Below are positions 13,951 through 27,734 of a stretch of 64,000 nucleotides of DNA, one piece after another. The DNA comes from Haplodiscus bocki. Lineage: Eukaryota. The notes under the pieces are model-generated. The model saw nothing but the letters and a program-made list of their open reading frames with translations, did not search any database and was not told where the DNA came from. The stretch covers positions 49,104,001 through 49,168,000 of the forward strand of contig OZ296651.1 of assembly GCA_965655095.1 (NCBI GenBank), written 5' to 3'. The stretch's first letter is position 1. Each line of letters starts with the position of its first letter. The position numbers and the translations under genes were made by a program.

Positions 13951-15479
13951 GAAAGTTGAAGAAGGCAGCAAAACCAAGCTGTTATTGTTCATAAATTCTA
14001 TGACATTCTCCGGTTTTCTTCACAAAAAATGGCACGAGAAATCGAACAATTTTCGTTGATATTAACTTTGTCAATTTCTGCCGGAAGATTTTGAGGCGGT
14101 AGGCAAAGTAGCGAAAATCGGGTGAAAATAGCAAAATTCCTTTTCAAGGGTGGAGAAATTGGAGAAAGTATCAAAAATTCAATTTTTCGTACGAATTTGA
14201 AGTCTCGGCGAAATTAATTTCAAAAATTCAGAAAGTTTCAATGCAGAGTAGTTTCAGAAAAATTTCTGGACACGGAAAACAGATGCCTCCCAACTATGAA
14301 ACAAACATTTTTCTCAAAAAAAAAGATAAAAGGTAAATTTTTGATCGAGATTGGATTCGATCTCGGACGATCGTCGAGACCAAGCTCACATGGCAATTAA
14401 ACGGTAAATTTGATGAAAAGCGAATTGTCTTCAAAAAATAGAAAGAACCTTCCAAGATCAAATTTATCGAAAACTGTTTTTTTTCAAATTTACCTTCATG
14501 CTGCTGGGCACACTGGCAACATACATAGTTGAACACAAATTAATAAACAATTTTTATAAATTTGACATTACAAGTGTCGAATAGATGTCTCAAAAAAGGT
14601 CGAGCCATGCCGTAATAATATCGGAATCCTTGGTTTTCGATCTTGGAGACGGCTTTGAAAAGCCAATAGGTCTACAAATGCTGTCTTTCTTGGAAGTTTC
14701 CAACCAACTTGTATTTCAAAAGAGAAACCGAAAACCAGAAATCTGTACCATTTAGCTTATTCTTAGCGAGGTTGCTTTTAATTAAGAGCTCGATGCGACT
14801 TATGCTTCCTGGAAGCTTCAAACCATTCTTTTCTCGAAAATGGAAACAAAATCTTGACTTTAATTCCATCAGATTGCTCTGAAACATGGCGAGAAAAAGA
14901 TCAGAAACTGACAGATATTTTTTTCAAAAAATGTTTGGCTGGAATTGGTCTTCTAGCTACAGTGGCGGCGCAGGTAACAGAGGACATCTGAACATAGAAG
15001 CTACTAAGCTGCTTTTCGCAAACACTTGCGTTTAAAGTGAGCAAGGGCGTCGACTCATTGCCAATCGATGAAAACTGTTCACTTGATTTTCGATGTTACC
15101 AATAAGAACTATAAATAGAAAAATGATTTCTCTGGAAATGAAATGCAAAATACATCTGTATAAAACACGAAGTTTAAGCGCCTCCACCGATTTCCTATAC
15201 TGCGAGATTCGGAATGAGCACTGCATCGGCGCAAGCTAACCAACGGTCTTAGACAAAAACAGCTATGGAAAAACGCAAAAAAAAACTTTCGAATATCGAA
15301 AAACGAGTCCAAAGACTAGACGCTACAAATATGAAACGCAGAAAAAGAGACAAGTCTGCTTCTTCTCAGATTCCCCACATTTCAGGCTTTTCAAAAAGCT
15401 CCGGATGGGCGAAATCCAACGAGTAGTTTTCTGAGAAAATCAGCTTCAAAAAAGGACGCTATTGAAAAAATTTTCGATT

Positions 15480-18290
15480 CTCCAACAATACTTGGGACAA
15501 TTAGGGTAGAAGGTACGAAAAGGGGACAGCACGACTTCTCTCCAGGTAGCTCATGTCAGGGGCTTCTCAATTACCATTGCAGGGCCGCAACTCAACCATT
15601 AGACTTCAAGAAAAAAGACGATGGACAAATTTTCAAAAATCCAACAAGTAAAAAATATTCGCGTGGAAGGTTGAAATGAAACGTGTGAACATTGGACAAT
15701 TTAGAACGAAAAATGATTACTGCCAGTAGTCGTTAACATGAGCAATAACGATCGACACAAGTGAACTCAATTCAACTTTTCAAACAAAACCAGATAATTC
15801 GCGATAAAGTTGCAAGTAAAATATCTTGACAGCTTGTCAGAAACTCCCAGAAGCGGGCGGTAGTTGAAGCAGCATTGTACGGAACCAATCACACCAGTAG
15901 ATATAGAGAGACACTCTAACGGGTGACGTAAATCAAAACATCTTCGACTAAATAATGACCAACTCGAGAAATTTTGGATTAAAAGTGGAAAATAACTCTC
16001 CAAGTTGCTCGACGGAAAATCCCGACGGATGGACTCAATCAGACCGCTAGACGTTATGAAACACAATTTTAACGAACGATGCAAGAAAAGTCGATGATTC
16101 TAGATTTTTAGGTCACCAAAGTTCATCAAAAAAGATAAAAGTCGATCCCGGCAACTGCACGTGACAACCAGGTAGCGAAGCACCGCTGGACAGACTAAAT
16201 CCGACCGCCAAGAGAAAAACAGACGGCAAAGCAAGGCTTCGCAACATGCTCTGATTTGCCAGTTGAGATAACGGACCCCAGGAGACATTTGAAACGTTGA
16301 TACATGTGACTGACAGTTAAACAGAAACTACAACATCTGCTAACTAAGAATATTTCCGAGAAAGTCAGATTGAGTCAAGTAGCTGTCCGAGGGTTACACT
16401 CAAAAACTTGAGATGTCAATCATGCCTTTCGAGGTTACAACATTTTGCAGCTCAACTTCGAAGTTTGCACAATAAAAACACGGGAAAACGAACAAGCACC
16501 TGCCACATTGTCTCATAGTTCCAAAATTGATAAGTCAATCAAGTCTTTTCACTTTACGCCAATTTATCACCCAATATTAAAGAAGTTTGCAGAGTAAACA
16601 AGAAAAACAACACAAACGTACGAATCTTAAATTCAGAAGAAAAGAAAGTCAACATGACTTCTCAAGTTACACCTTTTCGCTGCCCAAATCTTTTGGAAAA
16701 GTGCAGAGTATTCAACGCGAAAATGAACAAGTACAGCGCAAAAAAAAACTGATTTTGACCATTTACACTAGATGACTAGAACCTGTGATGACATCACAGA
16801 AGGCAAGTCTTGGACAGGATAAAGAGCCAAGCATAGGCCAGTCTCAACACACTATCCCCCCTTCAGTAAAAAAAATTGTGAAGACAGTTCCAACGACGAC
16901 GCACATCAAAACATTGCCAAATTTCCCATTGCAAGTCAAAAATTCTATTTTTTTCAAATTTAACGCAACAAAGCACTTTCAAGTCAAAAGTAAAGATATT
17001 AGGCCACGTGAGCAAAATGGTACAGGCAGCGGCGTGGCATGAACACGTTTCAACACCAACGGGAACGAATATTTTAACGGAGAGAACCATAAGCTCCAGC
17101 GAGAAAACATAAGCTCCAGCGAGAACGAATAAGTGGCCAGTTTTGGACGGATCGAAAAGCGCTTGACGACACTATCCTATCAAAGTACGAAAAGAAAAAG
17201 AGGGGCGAGGTTGTGTTTCGCAACACCTCCAAGATTCTTGAACTGATTTCTAGCCGACAGTGGAGAACAAATCTTGGTACCTTGGTATACCAATACCCAA
17301 AAGTAGCAAGGAAGATCGTACACTTCCCAGTCGTTTTAACGTAAAGATAAAATTCCTTTGATCATCTGAACTTCCTCCCATTCACTGATCAAGAGAAAGC
17401 GCAATGATCTTAATCAGATCGATAGTTTCTGAGAGGAGCGCTTGTGACCAAGCTTGTAATTTGAAACTACTTCGACAAGTTGCAATAAACATCAACCATT
17501 TATGAAAAAAGTGCGAAACCAGCAACCGAGGACTCTGGGCAACTAGGAGTCAAATGAGCGCTTAATAAATGGAATTTCACCAGCAGTTGACATAAGAAAG
17601 ACACTTGGGAAGTAAGTGGGAACTTTCCTTTGAGGTTCCAATCAAAAGCTCTTTCTTCAGTTTTGAAAAACTTTAAGTGAACTGTCCCAGATATTTCACG
17701 GAGACTCTACATCGCGTGTTTGGGAATTCTGTTCAAATTACCGCTGTTCACACGCAGTCCGACCAAAAGTTTTCAAGAAAAACATTTCGGACAAACAACG
17801 CCAATGCAACTATCATCGATTTCTCGATGTGAAGTCAAGCATCTCATGGAGAAAAGAACGGAATTAACTTTCTCTCTCACTTGGCAAAAAGCTTTAGGCA
17901 CTGAGTAGTCTAGAGGACACAATCCCACCAGCAGTCAAGAAGGAAAAGAATTTCAACTAACGGAACATTAAAAACATCTTTGATTTGTCAAAAAATTAAA
18001 AGTTTTCATCAAAGAGTGCCAACAAACTTTGTGCTATTTAGCAGAACCTCTGGAAGACGAGTATTCAAATTAGCGGTGCACGAGTTCAATTCAACGATCG
18101 GCTTGCAAAAAAAGCACGTTTGACCAACGACGCAAAAATTTCGATTTCTCAATTAAAAGTCAACATTTTTCACAGTAATAGTACACAAAAGACCACTTAT
18201 GGTCCTTGGTACAAAATCCAAATAATGGATAGCTGAATTAATCTGGAAGTGACGCAATACGACCACTGGACAGGAAGAAAATATTTAACG
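15480..18290 (-). mobile_element. Decayed BEL/Pao LTR retrotransposon (RNase H plus integrase), with an internal repeat insertion
   Basis: ORF 15767-16084 contains 'VQCCFNYRPLLGVSDK' (VE..LN.RPL..VS.D of BEL integrase). 16100-16290 resembles the GVDYFGP/CLFTC region. 17130-17640 is homologous to 950-1480. Confidence 0.55.
16298..16830 (+). repeat. Dispersed repeat with internal ~110-120-bp tandem units, copy A
   Basis: Shared blocks with 24975-25375: GATA(C/G)ATGTGA(C/T)TGACA, GAGATGTCAATCA...TCGAGGTTAC, TTTACACTA, TTGGACAGGATAAA. Recurring AACAAG(T/C)ACCTG-like unit anchor. Confidence 0.6.
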
Positions 18291-18449
18291 TTTTAGCGAA
18301 ACTTCATGTTAAAGACATTCATTTTATTGAAAGCATAGATTTTTAGAGTTGAAAGGACGACATTGACAACCTTGGCCCCATGGCGGAAACCTCTAGATGC
18401 TAAGCAGATAAATAGGCCCTGAAAGGACGCAATCCAATCACTTGTCAGA

Positions 18450-19150
18450 CAAAAAAAAAACATTTTGAACGAACAACGCAAGTAAAATTCATCGCCTTTC
18501 AAATTACAACTCAATTTTCGCACAGTCTTACGAAAAAAGTCACTACTCATTGTAGTGCACTTTTTCTATCGGAGAGTGCCAATGAAAACCTCATAGGCAC
18601 CAAACGAATTAGACATTAAACGCTTAGAAAATAACATTATCGGAAAAATACGCTCCTGGAAGTGCTCAACACATGCAGTTTGCTTGATGAAGGTAGGACA
18701 ATATAAAAAATACAAACAATTGACGTGTTTTCGGTTTTTGATAGCAGCCACAGCCTTTGTCAGTGTCAAAACGGATTGCGCAAAAGTGAACCAGTATTTC
18801 AGAATCGATTGACACGATCAAAAACCAACAATTCCACGAATGTCGAAGAAAAATCCCATAAGAAAGACATTCGCTACGACTTTGAATTGAAAATCTTTGA
18901 AATAAAACAGCAATCTTGACAGGGTGCATGACTTTGCATGAATCCTGATACGAAACACTTTGAGAAATTAAAGACAGAAGCATCAGTAAGCGATTGAAGA
19001 AAAAACATTTTAAAATTACCCAAACTCGAAAAAAAACGAACCAAATCCTCAGTCCATCTATATTCAATCTATATCGTAAGCTTTTCGAACAAACTTGGCT
19101 TAAAACAAGAACGACTTTTCTTGATATAAAAATTCGACTTTTCTTGATAT
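18450..19150 (-). pseudogene. Possible relic of a Maverick/Polinton A32-like packaging ATPase
   Basis: Overlapping minus ORF fragments give 'KSRIFISRKVV' (region before Walker A), 'VAAIKNRKHVNCLYF' (A.AGRH..L..IY-like) and 'VEHFQERIFPIMLFSKR' (VE.QN..IVLFKSPR-like) in the expected order. Catalytic motifs are not intact. Confidence 0.4.
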
Positions 19151-20249
19151 AAAAATCATGGTGCAAAGAAGGTCAAAAATCCGATCTCAACAGAATCTCA
19201 AAACCCAATACTCTTACCTTCAGAAATTCTGGAAAATACTCCCATATCAAAATACAACCCGATCCCAAAAAATGGTGACTTATAGCAAAGATTTGGGAAG
19301 TTTGGGAACTTCTCAACAGAATTAGGCAAAAATACAGCTGAATTGATTTATAAAAGAGTTACAGCTGACTTCCAAAACAAAAAATTGCAAAATCAGCTGC
19401 TTCTCGCCCACTCGGAAAGGACCACGTGACTTTAAAATATTTAGAACTTTATTAAATTATGAAAAAGAGTGTTTTTCTATTAGTTTGAACTAGCAGGTAA
19501 AAGATATTTGAAAAGCAAAAATTGGAAATAGGCGCAACGAGTTGCGCTTGAGCTTAGAATTAGAAGCAAACACTAAACCCCGAGGGTTCCAAACGGTGCA
19601 CAGAAAAGGCTCGGTTCTCCAGCTGCAAAAATTGAAGATTTTCTCGAAGAAAAAAGTCAACTGAAAGTAGTAGCAATTCTCTACTGATAAGCACATGCAA
19701 ATTAAAGATTACTGCAAGATAGAACTTGATAACTTCCGCCGTAAAATATTAAGAAAAGAAAATTTTACCCTCAGTATGTAGACTTTTTTCTCCGAAATTT
19801 GCAAAATCGGAATGAACATGTTCTCGTTTTTCTAAAACTTCAAAATGTTCCTCTGGACACGTACAATGTAGTTTCAACAACCCTGCCCGAAGACGAAGAA
19901 AAATTTTTCTCTCGAAGTCCGAAAATTATTCCCTCAACATCTAAAAATTATAGATGCTTTTCAAAGAGATTTCTTTTCCCCAAAATGTTCCTAAATATAT
20001 AAAATTCTGAAGTTTTGATTTTGTTGAATGTTGAAATTCACTTTTCTAAATAACTATATGGTTCAATTGTTTCATCAGGGTGTGCGTCGAAAACGTTTCA
20101 CTCAAGGACTTCTAAAAAAAAACATCAATGTTTTACCGTCAAAATCCTGGCAGGCCAAAAATGCTATGAATGAATGAAGATCTCGGTTTTCAAACTAAAA
20201 ACTAACCAAAACTACCAGCTGGACTTTTGAATCAACAGCCCAATCGACA

Positions 20250-22400
20250 GCTCTTCGGTTGAGGACTATTGAATAGAAGAATATTCCATTTTTTCCTTCC
20301 GTTGGTATCCTAAGTGCAAAGCGCTAATAATTGACATATCTTGGTAATCAAATGGATATTTCTAACTAATTATTGGATTGACTTCCTGCATCGAGGTCTC
20401 AATCAGCAACTTTTTACTTGTAGAAGTCAAAGCCAATAAAAAATGTCTTTTTTTGTTCTGTAGGAATCTTGATACTCGGAAAAAGCCAGAAAGTGCTCAT
20501 AATGTTGGCATATCTCGACATTCACATTCAAAATTCTTTAGGACTACCTAGTTCATTCTTCCAGCAAAAGTATCAACAGTTTTTTCTGAAAAAGGACTTT
20601 TCAAAAACGCATCAATTTCAATTTCAACCGAGCATAACGGAACCGAAGCCTCTTCAGACGCACTGTAAAATTCAGAGGCAATTTTTCCTTTCCACTTTCA
20701 ACTTAGAAATTTTCGTCCAAGGGTCAATGCTTCTGTCGGATTTTTCTCATTTGCACAGATATGTTACGACTCTAATTTATCACATAGTAACTTTTGGCTG
20801 TGGTCCGATAACTTTTGCACATTTTTCTTTGCAATGAAAACTTGGAGACCAAGCTAAGTTTGGCCAATTGGACCGAAGTTGCCATATTATAGGTAGTTTA
20901 ATTCCACATGTAAGGTTCCAAAATACCAGAAGTTTGCACAGGCTTAACCAAGAGACTCTTTCCTACCAAAAACTTAATTTTGTTTGCGATCGAACAGTTT
21001 TCCGATTTTTTCGCGAGAGATTTGAAAATCAAGCTAATTTCAACTGCTTTGGCGATGATTGCCACATTATAAGTCGTTTATTCTAAACGTGAAGGGTCCA
21101 ATTGGCCTGCTTTGTTGACAGCTGATATGATAAGGCTCTCTGACGACATACTAAACGCCAGTTGTGGTCGATAAAATTTTTGAGGTTTTCATGAGTAAAC
21201 CTAAAAACCGAGCTTTAATGCGAGTTCGGAATCTTTTATAAGGCATTCAACTCCTCAATACAATTAAATTCTTTAAATAACATGAAAACTCAAATCAATC
21301 CGATAGTTAGTTTTAGTTTGGGTGACCAAGTTATTATAGCGAACAGATCTTGCAAATCCAGCTTTAGTCAACATTTTTCCCAAATTTTAGTGTTTGTAAC
21401 TGCAAGCAAGTCCGAGAAAAACCCTTAAATGCCATGGCATAAAAAATTCACCAATTATTATTCTAATACACTTTAGTTATTGAGAGGTTTCATTCGTTGG
21501 TCTTCTTTCCGTAAGAGTAATGAACATCCAGATTAATTTGGCGTTCTCACAAAATTTTGTCTATTTGAAGTCTTCTATCGTTGTAGCTAGGTCTTCAATT
21601 TACTTGAATTGTATATAGCTTTAACCAAAGTCTCCCATTTATGATACACTAAATTTTCGTTACAGTGTCAATGTTTCTCGATAAGTTGTTACTGCGAAAA
21701 AAAAACGATTATATTGAACTCCTTTTATTTGTCAAATTGAAGTCTTATATACTGGAATACTGGAAGTAATTCTAAAACGAGCTCTTATTTTACACGTGAT
21801 TGATGAAACCCTCACAGTCGATTGCCTCTTACGATTCGGCCGCAGCCTGACAATACAGAACTTTTCGATATGTTTTATAGCAACAGCACTTGAAAATCAA
21901 GCTATGTTCAGCTATTTTGATTTTATTCGTGAAATGTAGTACTATTTCTCAATAGATAAGTCTGAAAACAGCACATTTTTTTTGGTATTTTATGGAAACA
22001 GCAGTTCTTCATCTGCCATTTTGTGATTGAGGTACCACTGAAACGTGCTAGTTTTTTCTACGAGAGAGCGACATAATCGAGCTATTTCAGAAACTTTGAA
22101 CAATTTGTCACATTTCATTATCTCGGAGTAGTTACGTTTGAAAACTAACACAATTCCCAATTTTTATATTAGCGAAACGCCAACTAATTAGCTACTCTTT
22201 TTTTGGTCGGAAACTTTTTCAAAAAATATTAAAGGAAACAAACTTCCAGATCGGGAATTATTGGCCAATTGACAGTTCTGTGAACCTTCAATCCATCACC
22301 CTGGAAGGAAGAAAGGAAAATCAGGCCCATGTGGCATTGAAAGAGAAAAAGACGCCCAATGTATGACACACTGTTTTAGTTGCAGTCACAAATTTTTGTA
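20250..22400 (-). mobile_element. Decayed CR1/L2-type LINE ORF2 remnant
   Basis: Minus-strand 'IGPFTFRINDL' (~21070-21105; LGP.LF..YINDL) and 'NLAWSP' (~20845-20860; L.WS.H). Cys-rich PHD-like remnant at ~22270-22380. Confidence 0.45.
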
Positions 22401-22899
22401 AAGTCTTTCTCCGAAAACACGAAAACCGATCTATTTTGGAAACTTAGATTTACGTCAAATCCGTGAAGCACCGAGGTTTCATTTAAAAAGTGATGGCATG
22501 ATTTCTCGGTTTTTGGTAAGCTTTGGCCACGAGCTTACCACTGAGTCCTTAGTGCGTAAGTTTTTTTGCTTTCGATTCGTGACCGGCCGAAAATGCAATA
22601 AACATCTACGTCTTCGAACTCATAATTCTTTAAAACTACGTGTTCGAATTCAACCATCAAAGGCTCAAGCAACAACCCAGTACTTGAGGAAGATTATTCG
22701 ATGGAAACTAATGGGTCTAGATTTTTGAGTCGGAATACTGATAGTCCAGAAATGCCAAAAGAAGAGATCAATTTTTACATATCCCTATAATCAAACTTTC
22801 ATTTGTCCAAACATTGGCTTGATACCTTCCCTGAAGGGATCAGTTTTTTTGTAGAAGCGTTTTCGAAATGAAAATCATTGATCATTGCTTTTTGCACAA

Positions 22900-24800
22900 T
22901 AACGAAAACACGTCAGAGTGCAACTCTTATTATTATTATTCAACGATAATCAAACCCTTAATTCTCTCAGGCTTTCGCAATGAAATACTGCTTGCGCAAG
23001 TGTAAATTTTTCTATGAAAAATTATGTACGACAGAAAATTACAAATCAAAAAACTGACATCTTCCGACGAGGTCTCAACCGAAAACTTGTTACATGTTTG
23101 ATCAATCAATTCTGCACCCTTGACGGAAAATATCGCATCGCGACTGCGCCTCTTGTAACGATTCGAATTCGCCCCCACAGAAGGGTTGGACTTATCTTCT
23201 AACAAGGAGATGCACTTGATAAACCGAGGCGTAACGTAAATTGTACACGATTTCTAGAAAAAACTAAGTCCTGTACAAGCAGTACGTAAATTTTTCGATC
23301 TGCGTGTGTTCATGGGAGAAAGGAGATCGTTACCAACAAGCTCCTGCAACTCTATCGTTGAACTATTAAGATTACCAGAGGACGATATGCATTTTTTTCA
23401 AAAAAATTGCGAATTGCGGCCGAGATCAATGTTTGTTTTCACAAATTTTTTCATAAATATACCAATGAAAACTACACAAAACGAGTGAAGGGCTTGAATT
23501 TATGATCATTACGAAGACTAGTTTTTCCTATGCCCAAAGACTTGATTTTTCGACAAAAGAAAACAATATTTCGGCTACCTGAAAATTATTTCGAGGCATG
23601 GAACTTAATGCGGAGTAGCACAGAAGCATTGAACCTCAGCAGTAGTCATAGTAATAAGGTGCAAGTTACTCCATAGAAGTACTGGACTCCAAAGTACCAC
23701 TCAAGTGAATGTGTCAGAAGACGAATTATATTTCCGCCAGAAATCAATTCGGTCGAGAAATTTTGGAATTGCTTTTCCAAAATTAACCTAAAAATCTCCA
23801 CAGCAATCAAGCAAAGAACCACTTCGATACCAAGTCTCGTACCTGTGCGGAGATATGAGTGTTCAAATTTCCGCTTCCCAAAACACGGCACATTTTTTTA
23901 AAAAAATAGTTGCAACGATTGCTGCCCTAGAGCTTCGGGTAGATGCGCCCACTGAATCCAGAGCGTTCCAAACGCTTCTCAAGTCTCGCTGCTCCAGCTT
24001 AATGACCTTAGGCTGCAAAAAAAAATCAAAACATTAGGAACGGGGCAAATTTTATCTGGGAATGATAGGTTGACGCCATTCTTCCCTGAAAAACAAACAC
24101 ATAGCTTAGTGCAGAACGAGACATGATACGATTTGAATCTTTCCCAAAAGAAGCACACGTAACATCTGACGGGGCGATGATACGTGAAAAACATCAACTT
24201 TAAAAAGGTAAAAAATCGCCTCAAGATAACTTAGTTTTTGGCGAACTTTCGTTCGCTCTACATGATCCTCAACGGAAATGAACAGCTTGAGAACAACACA
24301 GGTTGAGTTCTGGTACTCTACCATTGTGCTGCTGAACACCTTCGACCGGAAAGTGGCTTCAAAAAAGGTAAGCTTTCGACGATTTTCGACAAAAAAATAT
24401 TTTTTGGTACCGTACAACTCTTCAGATTTCGACAGATATGATACTCAGTCTCTGAAACTGGAATTCGTTGCTAGATACGCGCCAAATTGTTGTAGCTATG
24501 TACGAGAACAAACTTGTTTCAAAACTTGATTTTATGGCAAAAGATTTGGGCAAAGATTCGGCTGTGGGAAAATTGTTCGCAACATTTGATCGTCAATAGG
24601 ACAAGCAAGGAAAGCACCAGATGTCATTCCTTACTCATAAGGTGTACGAGGCACTGAGGTACTAATCTGGCGTACTACAGTAGAAGTACCAATAAGCTGG
24701 TGAAAGTTTGACTTTTATGTTTTTTTTTCGCACAAAAAACCATGAAGGCAAAAATTTACAAATAAGTCTTCGGTGAAAAAGATTGAGAATCGACTGAAGT
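22900..24800 (-). mobile_element. Decayed BEL/Pao integrase region
   Basis: Minus-strand 'STMVEYQN' (H.G.E..R-like), 'NGVNLSFP' (TGVDYFGP-like) and 'KFEHSYLRTGTRLG' (W.F.P...P..GG.WE-like) in order. Very degenerate. Confidence 0.35.
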
Positions 24801-24974
24801 TTAATCAGAAGGAACTAGTCCACAAGGTTCCAATACCTCTGAGAAATCTGCCATCTCCGGAAACTTGTCTGAAAGGTGTCACGGAATTTGGGGGAAAAAT
24901 GACACTGACGCAAAGCTGAACTTCGAAACACAATTTGACTTGTCAGTTGAGGAGCCACAAGAGACTTCAAGCTA

Positions 24975-25375
24975 CGATAGATGTGATTGACACTTTCAAA
25001 AACATGAACCAGCTGTAAATCAAGAGTTTATTCGAAAAAGTCAAGTTGAAACAAGTACCTGTCACAGGGTCTCTCTCAAAAATTTGATGTCGATCAAGTC
25101 GTTTCAGATTACGCCTGAAGTTTATCAGGTTTGCACAGTCAGTAACGCGAAGCTAAACAATTACCTGCCACGCAGTCTCGATCGAAATATTGAGATGTCA
25201 ATCACGTCTATCGAGGTTACGCTACTTTGCCAATCAATGATCAGGAAGTTTTCACAGTAGACAGCGCAAAAATGAACATGTACCTGCCAAAAAGACCGTT
25301 TACACTATATGACGAATCTGATGACGTGAAGCAATCCAAGTTTTGGACAGGATAAAAAACTGAGCAGATGCAGGT
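24975..25375 (+). repeat. Dispersed repeat with internal tandem units, copy B
   Basis: Three unit anchors: AACAAGTACCTG (~25050), AACAATTACCTG (~25157), AACATGTACCTG (~25275). Homologous to 16298-16830. Confidence 0.6.
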
Positions 25376-27154
25376 TTCCATGCACATTCTTCCTTCACTT
25401 CAATTTTGTTTGCCACTTCACTTATGAAACACTTCGAACTTTCTTATTCCACTAAATTTGTAACGGTGATGGGGGAAGACTGATACCGGTGATCCTTTGA
25501 GTCAGAATGTGTAAAAAAAACGAGCGTCGACATAACGGAATTCTCGTTTCACTCAAAGCCCTAATAACAAAACGTCGTCATACAAGCAATCTGGCTAAAG
25601 CTGGAGGCCCTAAAAATTAGTAAATCGGAAAGATAACCACTTGTTGGACACTTTAAACTACTGAACAAAATTTTTGATAAATTATCAAACACTCCCAAAT
25701 TTAACGGGAAATAAGTTCAGGTGTCATTTTAATTGAGACTAGTAGCACAAATGTTGGTAAGTGAGGCAGAACTCCGAAAAAAATCAGAAAACAGCTTCTT
25801 TGACCTACTTAAATCAACGATACCTGACAAATTTAGATTTTATTACTGCCACAAAATTTAACGTTTGGAATTTACTTATTCTGAGTGCAAAGCTAAAATT
25901 ATAGTTCAGAAGGCGAAGAGCAAAAACTTGAGCAATCATTTTTCCTCAGAGGACGCAAAAACTTTTAAAGTGTTAGCTTGAAACAATATGCCAAAACAAA
26001 AGTTAAAACATTGATTTGGACAGCAAATTATCGAGAAGACACGCTAATACTGCAAAGGTGGCAACTTTACTCAGTCTTCGACTACCGAAAAAGTACTGTG
26101 CACTGCCTTCAAGCACATTGCTGGCTTAAATGTACCAGCTTGCAAAAAAATAAGTTTGATCTTTACAAATCCCTAGTTATTTTGAAGCCGAAAGTTAAAT
26201 GGCCATCGAGCTTTTTTCCAGACTCGTAATCTACGTCCCGGACAATTCTTCCACACGTTCACGACACCGTTCACGTCGTCATGATGTCACTGCCACTTTG
26301 TGCAACGTGATTATTTGATATTGCTTTTACTAACAGCTAGTACTAGTTTCCATCAGTGATTGATTTTTTAATCAATTTCGCCCTCAGCCAAGGTTATTTG
26401 TGAATAAATCCTTTGCCCTTCATAGTAGTTCCGTTGTTAAACAGTTGATGGAGTTTGATTGTTTCAGATAACTTTTGCATCGCCTAGAAAGTTAACAAAA
26501 TTTATAGACCGGAGAGAAATTTACGTTGAATCTTCGCCACGTTTCAACGGGTCTAATTTCAAAAGTTTACGTTTGTTGGATACCCTTTCAGAGATACACG
26601 AAGACAACCCATCATCTGTTACGGAACAACAGAAAATTCGCGGTTCTGTCGGTGCAATCTCGAGAAAGACGTTTCAAAACATCTATTTCAAGATTGGCTG
26701 AATTTCAACTTGCACTTCAATGCGAATTAACAGACTGTTCGAGAGAAAAGCACAGAAGTCACATCATTTCTCTCCAACACAACTTCGCCGAACACAACTC
26801 TGAAAAATCACTCAGAAGTAGTCAAGGCTACTAAGTTTTGAAGTATGATCTATGGAGATCATACGAATAATTTTTTGTTAAAAAACACGATCTTTGGACC
26901 GCAAACTATAAATTTCCGATAAACTAACTGCTGGTGAATATTTTTTTTCCACATAAAAAACGTTGTGAGGAATAGTATCAAAATAATAGAGTTCATTACC
27001 ACTGGCAGTTAATAGGCTACAGGTACCAAAGCAAAGAACATTGGAAAGGGCCACTGAAAAGGGATGTTTCTGACTCAGAATTTTTTCGCTGAAAACCCTA
27101 CGAAGCGGTAAGTTCCGACGAAAAGGTAGATTATATTCAGTACTATCTGAAGAG

Positions 27155-27535
27155 GTAAGCCGCTGAAAAGAGGGCGGATATCACTTCCGAGTTGGGAAGG
27201 AGATGTATAAAAGAAATTTTAGAGGTTCATCATTTTACGTCAAAAAATTGAATTTCTTTTATACGCAAAAATCTAAAATTTCAAAAAGTTTGGTATAAAA
27301 AACCTATGTTGTAGGGAAAGTTTTTTTTAGCCAAAAAATAGTCCATTATCCCGTGCAATTTTATACGTGAAAAGTTTCTGGGTAACACAAATGGGTTGGG
27401 AGAAATAGGCGTTGAAAAAAATGGGTAAAATGTCACCTTTTCTGGGTAAAATGAAGAGTAAAAATCACAATTCCATTATGTGCTAAAAGAAAAGCAATAG
27501 GGCATTCTGAGTTTCGCTCGAAGCCCTCAAAATTA
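27155..27535 (+). mobile_element. Non-autonomous Helentron(HINE)-like element
   Basis: 5' CCGCTGAAAAGAGGGCGG palindrome. 3' stem-loop AGGGC-ATTCTGAG-TTTCG-CTCGAA-GCCCT at ~27499-27527. Non-coding. Confidence 0.35.
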
Positions 27536-27734
27536 GCAAGAGCAATAGTGCTTGAAAAGTGGCTCAATACCTAAAAAGATAAGCAATGGCGCAATGAAAT
27601 GGAAATCCTCCAGGTTTGACATTAATTAAGACATCTAATGTGCTTTACACGTAGAAAATTCCAGTCCCTATGCATATCATTTCAAATTTTTTTATTCCGC
27701 CAAATTTGTAAAAGTCATAAAAGGAAAATGATAC

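Noticed and set aside
25482-25496. 15-mer TGATACCGGTGATCC identical to the exon end at 27729-27743
   Set aside because: There is no flanking similarity, and a match of this length is expected by chance in 64 kb.
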